This document shows, piece after piece, positions 19,173-28,439 of a stretch of DNA of 64,000 nt. A program made the translations under genes and the position numbers. The DNA comes from Candidatus Latescibacterota bacterium (GTDB lineage: Bacteria; Latescibacterota; UBA2968; GCA-2709665): assembly GCA_965226795.1 (NCBI GenBank), contig CBDDDZ010000005.1, positions 2,464,001 to 2,528,000 of the forward strand. The letters run 5' to 3'. The first letter of the stretch is position 1; each line of letters starts with the position of its first letter. The notes beneath the pieces were generated by a model. It was not told the origin of the DNA. It searched no databases and saw nothing but the letters and a program-made list of their open reading frames with translations.

Positions 19173-20083
19173 ATGAAAAAGTTAACAATTTTGAGCCTCA
19201 TTCTTCTTTTGACGGCTGTTTTGTTCGCACAGGATTACACTCGCTGGGGACTTCCCGAAGGGGCCCTCTTGCGGATGGGCAAAGGAGACGTGCGCGCCGT
19301 GGCCTGGTCGCCGGACGGCACGCGTCTGGCCGTGGGGGCACCGCCGGGATCTGGCTCTACGATGCCCGCACCGGGGCGGAAGTTTCCCTGATCACAGGCC
19401 ATACGAGGAGAGTCAATTCGATGGTGTATTCGCCGGATGGGATGACCCTGGCAAGCCGCAGTTTCGACAATACGGTGCGGGTGTGGGACGTGGAAACGGG
19501 GCAGGAGAAAAGCACCCTCACCCTCACAGGGCATACCCGTGAAGTATTTTCGGTGGCGTATTCGCCGGATGGGACGATGCTGGCAAGCGCCAGTCGGGAC
19601 AGTACCGTGCGGCTGTGGGACCTGGCCACAGGACAGGAAATACACACCCTCACGCGGGCGGCTACCGGCGGGTCCAGTATAGCGTTTTCGCCGGATGGGA
19701 CGATGCTGACAAGCACCAAGTGGGACCATACGGTGCGGTTGTGGGACGTGGAGACTGGACAGCAAAAATACAGCCTGACAGGACATACGGACAACGTCAC
19801 TTCGATGGTGTTTTCTCCGGATGGGACGATGCTTGCAAGCGGAAGTCACGACGGCACGATTCTGCTGTGGGATGTGGCGCCGTATGTCGCACCTCAACCC
19901 CTAGCTGCCGACTTCGACGGCGACGGGACCGTGGATTTTCCCGACTTTCTGCAGTTCGCGGCGCAGGTCGGGCTGAGCCAGGGCGAGGCAGGGTATGAAG
20001 CGCGCTTCGACCTGGACGGCGACGGCACCGTCGGGTTCAGCGATTTTGTAATCTTTGCACGCAACTTCGGCCAGGGCGGGTGA
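19173..20083 (+). pseudogene. Secreted WD40-repeat protein with C-terminal dockerin/EF-hand-like domain, frameshifted
   Basis: Signal peptide plus WGLPEGA..GKG leader, SPDG..WD repeats, and an ADFDGDGTVDFPDF..DLDGDGTVGFSDF tail. One extra G in the G5 run 19334-19338 would join the frames (VGGTAGIWLYD). Confidence 0.85.
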
Positions 20084-20132
20084 GGCGCCGGCGCCGTGCT
20101 GCGCCAGCAACCCTCACCGGGTATACCCTCAC

Positions 20133-20163
20133 AAAAAAGGCGCCCGAGATTCCGGGCGCCTTT
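20133..20163. terminator. Bidirectional intrinsic terminator between convergent genes
   Basis: AAAAAAGGCGCCCG-agattc-CGGGCGCCTTT. Confidence 0.75.
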
Positions 20164-20188
20164 GACGTCTTTTCCTTTTTCGGCACGT

Positions 20189-20962
20189 TCAATCGTGATG
20201 TCCGCTCCGATGAAACGCAACGAAGAAGTCGGACACCCCGCGTATGATAATATCCAACATGGACCGCCCTTCCTCGGCGGTGGCATCCGCCGGATTGTCC
20301 GTGTAACCCACGCCCGACTGCCATTCACCGTGAACCTGGACCACGGCGCCCGAGAGGCCCACGTCCAGGCCCGCATCGTCGTGCACCTGACCGCTCATTG
20401 CGTCCAACGCCTCCCTGTTCACCAGGTCCGGTCGAACCGCCATTATCAGCGCGGCCTCGAATCGCCCGGCATGGCCCGGTATAAGCTTGGACGGCATGAC
20501 ATCGGTGAGTGCCTCGCGCGCAATATTCCAGTAATCGCCTGTAGCCACGGCGGCCGGATTGCCCAGGCGGTTCACGAAATCCTGCCCCGCGAGTCCGTTC
20601 GGGTTGGAATTTCCCCCGTGGCCGTTCAACACCACGAGCCGCTTGAATCCGCTTCGCACAAGGCCTTCGAGAACGTCAGTCACGGCGCCAACGAAAGTGG
20701 TGGTCTTGAGAGACAATACGCCTGGAAACGGATAGTGATGATGGGAATTGCCGAATTGCAGTGTGGGGGCCACGACCACACGCGCGTGTTCGTTCGCTCG
20801 GGCCGCGGCCTGGCGCGCAACCGTCTCGCAAAGAACGGTATCCGTACACACCGGCAGGTGGGGACCGTGCTGCTCAATGGCCGCTGTGGGCAGGACCGCC
20901 GTGGCCGAGGGCGCAACCTGTCGAATCTCCTCCCGGGTCATTTCTGCAAATAGAAAAGACAC
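20189..20962 (-). CDS. Creatininase family protein
   Basis: EQHGPHLP..D, LNGHGGN and HAG..E motifs. Confidence 0.92.
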   Translation of the reverse strand: MSFLFAEMTREEIRQVAPSATAVLPTAAIEQHGPHLPVCTDTVLCETVARQAAARANEHARVVVAPTLQFGNSHHHYPFPGVLSLKTTTFVGAVTDVLEGLVRSGFKRLVVLNGHGGNSNPNGLAGQDFVNRLGNPAAVATGDYWNIAREALTDVMPSKLIPGHAGRFEAALIMAVRPDLVNREALDAMSGQVHDDAGLDVGLSGAVVQVHGEWQSGVGYTDNPADATAEEGRSMLDIIIRGVSDFFVAFHRSGHHD

Positions 20963-21018
20963 GGACTATCCTCCTGACGTCGCGGTAGTCGATCGGAACC
21001 GAACTCTGGGACTGGGAA

Positions 21019-22500
21019 CTAATTCTCCTGGATCTCTTCGAACGGATACAAGGGCCGCCTGCGATGGCGGAACTCGAACTTGCGCATGTCCGCCGCCGTT
21101 GCGCCGGGCGTATCCACGCGTATCAGGCGCTTGCACACGGGCGCGTAGGCCGCCACCGGCGCATGCACCCCCTTGGCGACAATGACGTCGAACGCGTCCG
21201 GACGCAAATCGCAACTGGTCATCAGACCCAGACTCACCGGTACGACCCGCCGGGACGTGAGGCTGACTGTCAGGCCCGTATCCGTGTCCACAACCACCGT
21301 CCGGCCCATGTCGAACGCCGTCCGCCCGCCATGCCGAATCTCGGGCTCCCGAAATCGACCGCTGTAAATGCCCCGAACCCTGACCATAGCCTCAAGAGGC
21401 GGGCCGTGCGATTCGTCGGTCTTTCCACCCATACGGAGCGTCACACTGTTGCCCACCCCCACCGTAGCCGCTTTCGATACGGATTCGCTGTCGTACAGAC
21501 ACACGAATGCCCGCGCATTGCGACGCCGATGCAATTCGTGCGCAAGCATCGTCCCATCCGCGGCAGACCCGCCTCCCACATTGTCCCCCATGTCCAGCAG
21601 GCAGACCGGGCCCTGTGTGGCCAGTGCCATGTCCACCGCCGCGTCGATGCCGATAAACTCACCCCTGAAGTCTCTCCGAAAGGTGTGGAGATGATCCGCG
21701 AGTTCTCCGGCAACGGCTTCCGCGAGGCCCGGATTTCCATCCGTCACCGCAATCATCGCAGTACCCATCTCCGGAACATCGGCGTAGGGGAATCCAAGCA
21801 CGATGCTATTCGACAACATGCCCGGCCGGTTCAGGAGGTCATCGGCCAGCTCGTACAGTTCCCTGCACGGTGACGATTCGGTCGATTGCCGTTCAATATT
21901 GATGGCAATCGGCGGAAACACGGCTGCCTGCGTGGGCTTGACTTCGCCTCGAAGCGTCCGCGCCATCAACCGCGACGCCTGCAGACCCACCTCCTTTTGA
22001 TCCAGGTGCGGGTTGCTGCGATAGGCAATGGTCGCATTACAGGCCGCAACCATTCTTTCCGACAGATTCGCGTGCGGATCGATCGTACAGATTATGGGCG
22101 TCTCTTCTCCAACCAGGCGACGCAGGCGGGACAGCCAGTATCCATCCAGGTCCCAATAATCGTCTCCCGCACCCACGTTCGCTCCGTGGGGCGCCACAAG
22201 CCATCCATCCAGTTTCCCGGCGTGTGCGACCTGTTCAAACATCATCCGCATGAGCGCGTCGCACGTCTCGTTCGTAATCCGGCCGGACGGCTCGGTGCTG
22301 GCGCAAAATAGCGGTACCGCTTCGATACCCGACTCGGCCAGACCGGCGAGGAAACCGCTGACCTCGTTCAACCCGTCCTTGAATGCCACCGCCACCTCAT
22401 CTCCGATCAGGATCCGACCTGACCTGAACATCTCCAGTGTGGTGGGGGTACAGATAAACGTATTGGACTCGTGTATCAAAGAAAGAATGCCGACGCGCAT
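21019..22500 (-). CDS. M81 family metallopeptidase (MlrC-like)
   Basis: HESNTF, HGA, DPHAN, YRSNPHLD, DMGDNVGGG motifs; ATG 22500 chosen. Confidence 0.9.
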   Translation of the reverse strand: MRVGILSLIHESNTFICTPTTLEMFRSGRILIGDEVAVAFKDGLNEVSGFLAGLAESGIEAVPLFCASTEPSGRITNETCDALMRMMFEQVAHAGKLDGWLVAPHGANVGAGDDYWDLDGYWLSRLRRLVGEETPIICTIDPHANLSERMVAACNATIAYRSNPHLDQKEVGLQASRLMARTLRGEVKPTQAAVFPPIAINIERQSTESSPCRELYELADDLLNRPGMLSNSIVLGFPYADVPEMGTAMIAVTDGNPGLAEAVAGELADHLHTFRRDFRGEFIGIDAAVDMALATQGPVCLLDMGDNVGGGSAADGTMLAHELHRRRNARAFVCLYDSESVSKAATVGVGNSVTLRMGGKTDESHGPPLEAMVRVRGIYSGRFREPEIRHGGRTAFDMGRTVVVDTDTGLTVSLTSRRVVPVSLGLMTSCDLRPDAFDVIVAKGVHAPVAAYAPVCKRLIRVDTPGATAADMRKFEFRHRRRPLYPFEEIQEN

Positions 22501-22832
22501 TTCGAATTTCCCCGGCCGTGCCAGATGGCGAAACATCGGATATCGATAGCCGACAGCGGCTTGCCACGATCAGGTCGGGTTCCGCCGGAACGTTCGATTC
22601 ATCCTTGCAAAAATCGACGGCGCCAGTACCTGGAATTCCCACTGCAATATAGAAGCAAATTCGCCAGGAATCAAATGGTTCTTGATCCGCACTCGACGCA
22701 TCGCGGAGGCACTTATCCAATCTATCCTAACCAGGTGATTCAGATCTCCTTATGGATCTGCATCCTAAACGTTACTTTAAACAAGTATATAGTATTGAGG
22801 CGACTTAAACAAAAATAGCTAAAGTATTCGTC

Positions 22833-22861
22833 TTGCCATTGCAACCCGAATGCTTTATATT
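22833..22861 (+). promoter_or_regulatory. Sigma70-like promoter of CBS-korAB operon
   Basis: TTGCCA-N17-TATATT at the end of an AT-rich intergenic stretch. Confidence 0.55.
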
Positions 22862-23005
22862 AAACCCAAATAAGATAAGCCCGGCTTATTGTTGAGCGCG
22901 GGATCCGGAAACGACTGCCGAGCGGGAACAACGCATCCTGCGTACCGGAAGCTGGCCGCAAAACCGGACGACCTGGTGGGGCGTATCGATTCCGGGAGGA
23001 GCCAG

Positions 23006-23473
23006 ATGGAACTGAAAGTGAATATTCGGACCGCTCTGATAACCCAGGTCGACCTTTCGTATTACGTCGAGACCGAAAAAGGCACGCGAGCCGGAGATGT
23101 ACTCGAAAAGATGAAGGCCAGTCATCGGAAATGCGCCCTGGTGATGGACCACGGCCGGCTGGTCGGCATCTTCACTGAGCGAGATATCATGAAAAAGATG
23201 GCAGGTAACCCGCAGAGCAGCGATGCGCCGATCGACAACCTGATGACGCCCAACCCTGAAACAATCGACGCGGACACGAACATCCTGGATGCCACCAGGG
23301 TGATCGCCTCGAACCGCTACCGGTACATGCCGGTTACCAATGAGACGGGCAAGGTCCTGGGTACATTGACCTATTATGCCATTATCAAATACATCTGCGA
23401 CTATTTTCCGCAGGAAATTTACAACCAGCCGCCCGTGCCGGACGTGTTTGCCAAAGCCCGTGCCGGCGCTTAA
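23006..23473 (+). CDS. Stand-alone CBS-pair protein
   Basis: GRLVGIFTERD, LMTPNPETI, YRYMPV; GGAGGA RBS before ATG 23006. Confidence 0.9.
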   Translation: MELKVNIRTALITQVDLSYYVETEKGTRAGDVLEKMKASHRKCALVMDHGRLVGIFTERDIMKKMAGNPQSSDAPIDNLMTPNPETIDADTNILDATRVIASNRYRYMPVTNETGKVLGTLTYYAIIKYICDYFPQEIYNQPPVPDVFAKARAGA

Positions 23474-23529
23474 CCGGTAAATACTTTTTCTCCAGAGCCG
23501 TAGCATAAAAAACCGGGAGGTTGATCCAG

Positions 23530-25404
23530 ATGGCCGAAACAGCCGTCGAAGAGATTGACGCAGAGGGTGATTTACTGGACGAATTGACCGAGGTCGAGTC
23601 CATTGCGGTCCGATTTGCCGGCGACTCCGGCGATGGCAGCCAGTTTATTGGCGGGGAATTTGCAAACACATCCGCCATAGTGGGCAACGACATCAGCACC
23701 ATGCCGGACTTCCCCGCCGAAATCCGCGCTCCCGCAGGCACATTGCCGGGAATCAGCGGGTTCCAGGTCCGCATTTCCAGCGAAGACATTTTCACTCCCG
23801 GAGACGAGCCGCAGGTGCTTGTTGCCATGAACCCGGCCGCATTGAAGTCCAACCTCCCGGATCTGCCGCGCGGGGGAGTGGTCATCACCAATACGAATAG
23901 CTTTACACGAAACAACCTGCGCAAGGCCGGCTACCAGACCGACCCGCTGGAAGACGGATCGCTGCAGGATTATCGCGTTTGCAAGGTGCCTTTAACAGCC
24001 CTGCACAAGAGAGCTGTAGCCAACATTGATGGCCTGTCCAACCGGCAGATCGGTATGATGAAAAACTGCTTCGCACTCGGCCTTGCCTATTGGATCTTCG
24101 ACCGTCCGCTGGAACCAACGGTCCGCATGCTGGAAGAGAAATTCGCCAGCCGTCCCAATGTCGTCGAAGGCAACGTAACGACCTTGAAGGCCGGATACAA
24201 CTACGGTGAAACGACCGAACAATTCCAGTTCAGGTACAAGGTGTCCAAGGCCGTGGTCGAACCCGGCACCTATCGGACCGTTACCGGCGCACAGGCCACG
24301 GCAATGGGTTTCGTCACCGCGGCCCATAAGGCCGGCAAGACCCTCTTTTACGGCAGCTACCCCATCACCCCCGCCAGTGCCCTGCTCGAAGCGTTGGCCG
24401 CCTTGAAGAACTTCGACGTGCGCACCTTTCAGGCCGAAGACGAAATTGCAGCCATCGGTTCCGTCATCGGCGCCGCATTCGGGGGCGCTTTTGCCGCAAC
24501 CGGCACCAGCGGACCCGGCGTCGCACTCAAGAGCGAGGCCATCAACCTGGCCCTGGTCCTGGAATTGCCCCTGGTGATCGCCAACTTTCAACGGGGCGGG
24601 CCCAGCACGGGGCTTCCCACGAAAACGGAACAGTCCGACCTGCTCCAATGTATGTTCGGCCGTAACGGCGAAAGCCCGGTCCCCATTGTCGCGCCGGCCA
24701 CATCCTCCGACTGCTTCTACCTGGGCATCGAGGCCTTTCGTATCGCGGTTGAAAGCATGTCGCCGGTCTTCTTTCTTTCCGACGGCTATCTCAACAACAG
24801 TTCCGAACCCTGGAAATTGCCGAACCCGGACGACATTGACACCATCGTCGTCGAACATCGAACGGATCCAGAGAATTTCCAGCCATATATGAGGAATGCG
24901 CAGACCCTCGCACGTCCCTGGGCCCTCCCGGGCACACCCGGCCTGGAACACCGCATCGGCGGGCTCGGTAAACAGGACGGCACCGGAAACGTGTCATACG
25001 ATCCGAAAGACCATGAATACATGGTGAAGATCCGCGCCGAAAAGGTCGCGCGTATCGCCAATCGGATTCCGAAGCAGGATGTTTACGGCCCTCTCGCAGG
25101 CGACCTGCTTGTTATCGGCTGGGGCAGCACGTACGGCGCCATCAGGTCCGCGGTTCGCAAGGCGGTTTCCAACGGCCGATCTGTCGCCCACGCCCACGTG
25201 CGATATCTGAACCCGTTTCCGGCTAACCTGGGCAACCTGCTTCTGCGCTATCGCAAAATCCTGGTTCCCGAAATTAACGGTGGGCAGCTATCAATGTTGC
25301 TCAATGCCAAGTACCCTCTGCGTGTCATCAGCTATCCCAAAGTTCAGGGACAGCCCTTTAAGATTTCTGAAATCCTTAACAAAATCCACGAGTTGCTCGA
25401 TTAG
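23530..25404 (+). CDS. korA: 2-oxoacid:ferredoxin oxidoreductase alpha subunit
   Basis: FAGDSGDG, YPITPAS, QAEDEIAA, TSGPG, QRGGPSTGLPTK motifs. Confidence 0.93.
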   Translation: MAETAVEEIDAEGDLLDELTEVESIAVRFAGDSGDGSQFIGGEFANTSAIVGNDISTMPDFPAEIRAPAGTLPGISGFQVRISSEDIFTPGDEPQVLVAMNPAALKSNLPDLPRGGVVITNTNSFTRNNLRKAGYQTDPLEDGSLQDYRVCKVPLTALHKRAVANIDGLSNRQIGMMKNCFALGLAYWIFDRPLEPTVRMLEEKFASRPNVVEGNVTTLKAGYNYGETTEQFQFRYKVSKAVVEPGTYRTVTGAQATAMGFVTAAHKAGKTLFYGSYPITPASALLEALAALKNFDVRTFQAEDEIAAIGSVIGAAFGGAFAATGTSGPGVALKSEAINLALVLELPLVIANFQRGGPSTGLPTKTEQSDLLQCMFGRNGESPVPIVAPATSSDCFYLGIEAFRIAVESMSPVFFLSDGYLNNSSEPWKLPNPDDIDTIVVEHRTDPENFQPYMRNAQTLARPWALPGTPGLEHRIGGLGKQDGTGNVSYDPKDHEYMVKIRAEKVARIANRIPKQDVYGPLAGDLLVIGWGSTYGAIRSAVRKAVSNGRSVAHAHVRYLNPFPANLGNLLLRYRKILVPEINGGQLSMLLNAKYPLRVISYPKVQGQPFKISEILNKIHELLD

Positions 25405-25432
25405 CCCTACGCCTGAATCGGGAGATACTTCC

Positions 25433-26992
25433 ATGGCCGAAGCCATATTGGAATCCCAACAATTGACCCGCAAAGACTTTGTATCGGACCAGGAAGTCCG
25501 CTGGTGTCCAGGCTGCGGGGACTACGCCATTCTGGCACAGATGCAAAGGGTGCTTCCCGAACTCGGCATTCCCAGGGAACAGATCGTCTTCATCTCCGGG
25601 ATCGGTTGTTCCAGCCGTTTTCCGTATTATATGAACACCTATGGCGTGCACTCGATCCACGGGCGTGCGCCAACCCTCGCCTCGGGCCTGAAGGTAGCCA
25701 ACCCGGACCTGCATGTGTGGGTCATCACCGGTGACGGGGATGGGCTCTCCATCGGCGGCAACCATCTGCTGCATATTCTGCGCAGAAACGTGAACGTGAA
25801 CATTATCCTCTTCAACAATCGCATCTATGGGCTCACCAAGGGGCAGTACTCCCCAACGTCGTTGCCTGGACACAAGACCTACTCGTCGCCCATGGGCTCC
25901 ATCGAACAGTCCTTCAATCCCATCTCCGTAGCCATCGGCGCCGAGGCCACCTTCGTCGCGCGTTCGGTAGACAGGAACACCAAGCACCTTGCCGAAATGC
26001 TCCGCCGGGCGGCCGCGCACAAGGGCACCTCGTTTGTCGAAATCTATCAGAACTGCAATATTTACAACGATGGCGCATGGTTCCACATCACCGAAGCGGA
26101 CGTGAAAGACAACAATACGTTAATTGTCGAACACGGTCAGCCGATGATATTCGGCAAGGACCACGACAAAGGCATCCGGTTGAACGGTCTGTGTCCGGAA
26201 GTCGTGACGCTTGGCAATGGCACATCCGAAAACGCCCTGCTGGTACACGACGAAACCGTGGATCCGCCCGCGCTGGCTTACATGTTGAGCCGCATGGAAC
26301 ATCCCGATTTTCCAGTTCCGTTGGGCGTTCTCCGCTGTGTGGAACGACCCGTTTACGAAGATCAGATTCTCGCCCAAGGGCGTGAGGCCGTCGAACTGCT
26401 TGGGGACGCCGATTTGTCCACACTCTATCAGGCCGCGGATACATGGATTGTATCTGAAGAGGACAGCGTACCTACAGAACGGGACGTCGTCGAGGAGGAA
26501 ATCAAGACAGATATCCCCGAAATCATACCGGGAATCGGCGACGAGGATCCGCTGGCGCCAAAGTCCGAATTCCAACATCTCGTTATCGATCCGATTTCGA
26601 CCGTAAAACTCCATATCCCGGAATTCATCGCGCCGGGAGCCTCAATGCTGGAAGCCATGGCGCTGATGGAGGAGAAAGACGCCGGCTGTCTACTGGTTTC
26701 CGAAGACGGCGCCACCCTTAAGGGCATTCTGGCCGAAGGCGACTTTTTTGTAAAAGTCGTGGGTAACAACATAGATCTGGCTTCTACGCCCGTCGAAGAT
26801 GTGATGACACCCAATCCCATAACCATGAGGTTGTCAGACCCGATCGGATACGCATTGCATCTGATGGACCTGCACGGCTACCGACATATCCCGGTTGTCG
26901 ACCACGCCGGACGGGCCGTGAAGGTGGTTTCGTTCCGGGCGGCTCTGGAGTTCTTCACTCAACTCTACGACAACGGCACATCCGGAAACTGA
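25433..26992 (+). CDS. korB: 2-oxoacid:ferredoxin oxidoreductase beta subunit with C-terminal CBS-pair fusion
   Basis: WCPGCGDY, GIGCSSR, TGDGDG..NN TPP motif, then an acidic linker and a CBS pair (GILAEGD, VMTPNP, YRHIPVVD). Confidence 0.92.
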   Translation: MAEAILESQQLTRKDFVSDQEVRWCPGCGDYAILAQMQRVLPELGIPREQIVFISGIGCSSRFPYYMNTYGVHSIHGRAPTLASGLKVANPDLHVWVITGDGDGLSIGGNHLLHILRRNVNVNIILFNNRIYGLTKGQYSPTSLPGHKTYSSPMGSIEQSFNPISVAIGAEATFVARSVDRNTKHLAEMLRRAAAHKGTSFVEIYQNCNIYNDGAWFHITEADVKDNNTLIVEHGQPMIFGKDHDKGIRLNGLCPEVVTLGNGTSENALLVHDETVDPPALAYMLSRMEHPDFPVPLGVLRCVERPVYEDQILAQGREAVELLGDADLSTLYQAADTWIVSEEDSVPTERDVVEEEIKTDIPEIIPGIGDEDPLAPKSEFQHLVIDPISTVKLHIPEFIAPGASMLEAMALMEEKDAGCLLVSEDGATLKGILAEGDFFVKVVGNNIDLASTPVEDVMTPNPITMRLSDPIGYALHLMDLHGYRHIPVVDHAGRAVKVVSFRAALEFFTQLYDNGTSGN

Positions 26993-27005
26993 TTCAAACC
27001 GAGCG

Positions 27006-27044
27006 AAAAAAAGCCCCGGACGTACATGTCCGGGGCTTTTTTTT
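27006..27044. terminator. Bidirectional intrinsic terminator
   Basis: AAAAAAAGCCCCGGAC-gtacat-GTCCGGGGCTTTTTTT, between convergent genes. Confidence 0.9.
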
Positions 27045-27086
27045 ATTGGAATGGGACTCGGTTGACCGGCAGAACCACGAATATGT

Positions 27087-27596
27087 CTATCGATTGGCCG
27101 CACACAGTCCGCCGACACCCCTTGCGCGTCCCTCAGCCCTCGGCGGCCGCACGAATATCACCTCCGCCACCAGATCCTGTGGAAATTCATCCATCCTTTC
27201 CGGCCCCAGCCGCTCCACCTCCGCCAGCCCATGCTCGATTTTCTGTTTGAGGACGCCTACATCCACACCCAGAAACCGGCGGGGAAACTGTTTCAGCTTG
27301 AAATATGAGTTGTTGTAGTGCTTTACCGTCCCGTGATAGATCCCTCGTTGAAGTTGATGATACGCCGCGGCGAGTTGGATCAGGCCCTGAAAGAATATCC
27401 GGCTCGGCTCGGTATGTCGCCGCCACACCTGCTCCCAGGCCTCGTGGCTCTCCCAGTGCTCCCGGCTGTTGAAGAGCCTCACGCCTTTCTCAAAGTCCAT
27501 CCAATCCTCGACCGACATCGCTGGCTCTACAACATCCGCCGTGCTGATGCGGTAAGCCCGCTTCATCCGCGCCGATTTCAGGTCGGGTTTTCCCAC
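27087..27596 (-). CDS. DUF309 domain protein
   Basis: GVRLFN..WESHEAWE.W..FQGLIQLAAA.H signature. Confidence 0.88.
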   Translation of the reverse strand: MGKPDLKSARMKRAYRISTADVVEPAMSVEDWMDFEKGVRLFNSREHWESHEAWEQVWRRHTEPSRIFFQGLIQLAAAYHQLQRGIYHGTVKHYNNSYFKLKQFPRRFLGVDVGVLKQKIEHGLAEVERLGPERMDEFPQDLVAEVIFVRPPRAEGRARGVGGLCAANR

Positions 27597-27599
27597 GCG

Positions 27600-28337
27600 C
27601 TATCCTCCGGCGTGAACTTCAAGCATCGACTCCAGCGCGACAAGATGCGCACGAACTCGCACGTCCATCGCCATCGCCGACGGCGTCTCAGACGTAATCA
27701 GACGATCCGTATATGCAAGCTTGAAAAGCGCAATCGGCACGCCTCCGCCAAGACGCCGCTTTTCCACCTGCAGGTCCGGAAATATCACGCCGTTTACCGC
27801 AGTTTCACCCTCGATCTCCGATTGTGTATTCAGCGGACAGACCCCGGACACCTGCTGAGCAATCGGAGGTCCCGCGGGCGTCAATCCGCGAACCTGCTCG
27901 TAAAGATAGTACCCCGGGCTCTCCCAATCTTCATGCAGATCCATTATGGCTGCAAACTTTCTCCCGCGAATAAACCGCTTGATAACGTCGATCTCCGGCA
28001 CGTCGTTCCGCAAAAACGCCCAGTTGATGTCCACTTCCCGGGCGTTCAACCGGGTGTTACGGGCGTAACCGTATGGATTCAGGCAGGGTATTACGTGGAA
28101 TTGGAACCGATCCAGCCACTTCTCCGGCGGCGCCTCGAGGAATGCCAGCGCCCCTTCCGTCCCGGCCGGTTCGTCGCCATGTGTTCCGCCGTTGATGTAT
28201 ATCGCCGGTAGCGACGGATCAGCGCAAAGGGATGCACAATAAACAGGATACCCGCTTATCCGCTCCAGCACGTCGACACAGGCACCCCGGCGCGTAAGCG
28301 CCTCGGTGCGTTTAACCACCTCATTGTAGTCGCGCAT
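27600..28337 (-). CDS. M14 family metallocarboxypeptidase / succinylglutamate desuccinylase-like
   Basis: GTHGDEPAG, NPYG..NTR.N..DIN and DLHE motifs. Confidence 0.88.
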   Translation of the reverse strand: MRDYNEVVKRTEALTRRGACVDVLERISGYPVYCASLCADPSLPAIYINGGTHGDEPAGTEGALAFLEAPPEKWLDRFQFHVIPCLNPYGYARNTRLNAREVDINWAFLRNDVPEIDVIKRFIRGRKFAAIMDLHEDWESPGYYLYEQVRGLTPAGPPIAQQVSGVCPLNTQSEIEGETAVNGVIFPDLQVEKRRLGGGVPIALFKLAYTDRLITSETPSAMAMDVRVRAHLVALESMLEVHAGG

Positions 28338-28439
28338 GAAGACTTATCCTGTGCCCTGTTTCCCCTTCGCGCCTGCCCTATTTCATATTTTTTCCGAAAA
28401 CTCCGGCTGTATTGCCTGCCAGCCGAACCATTGCGCGAC

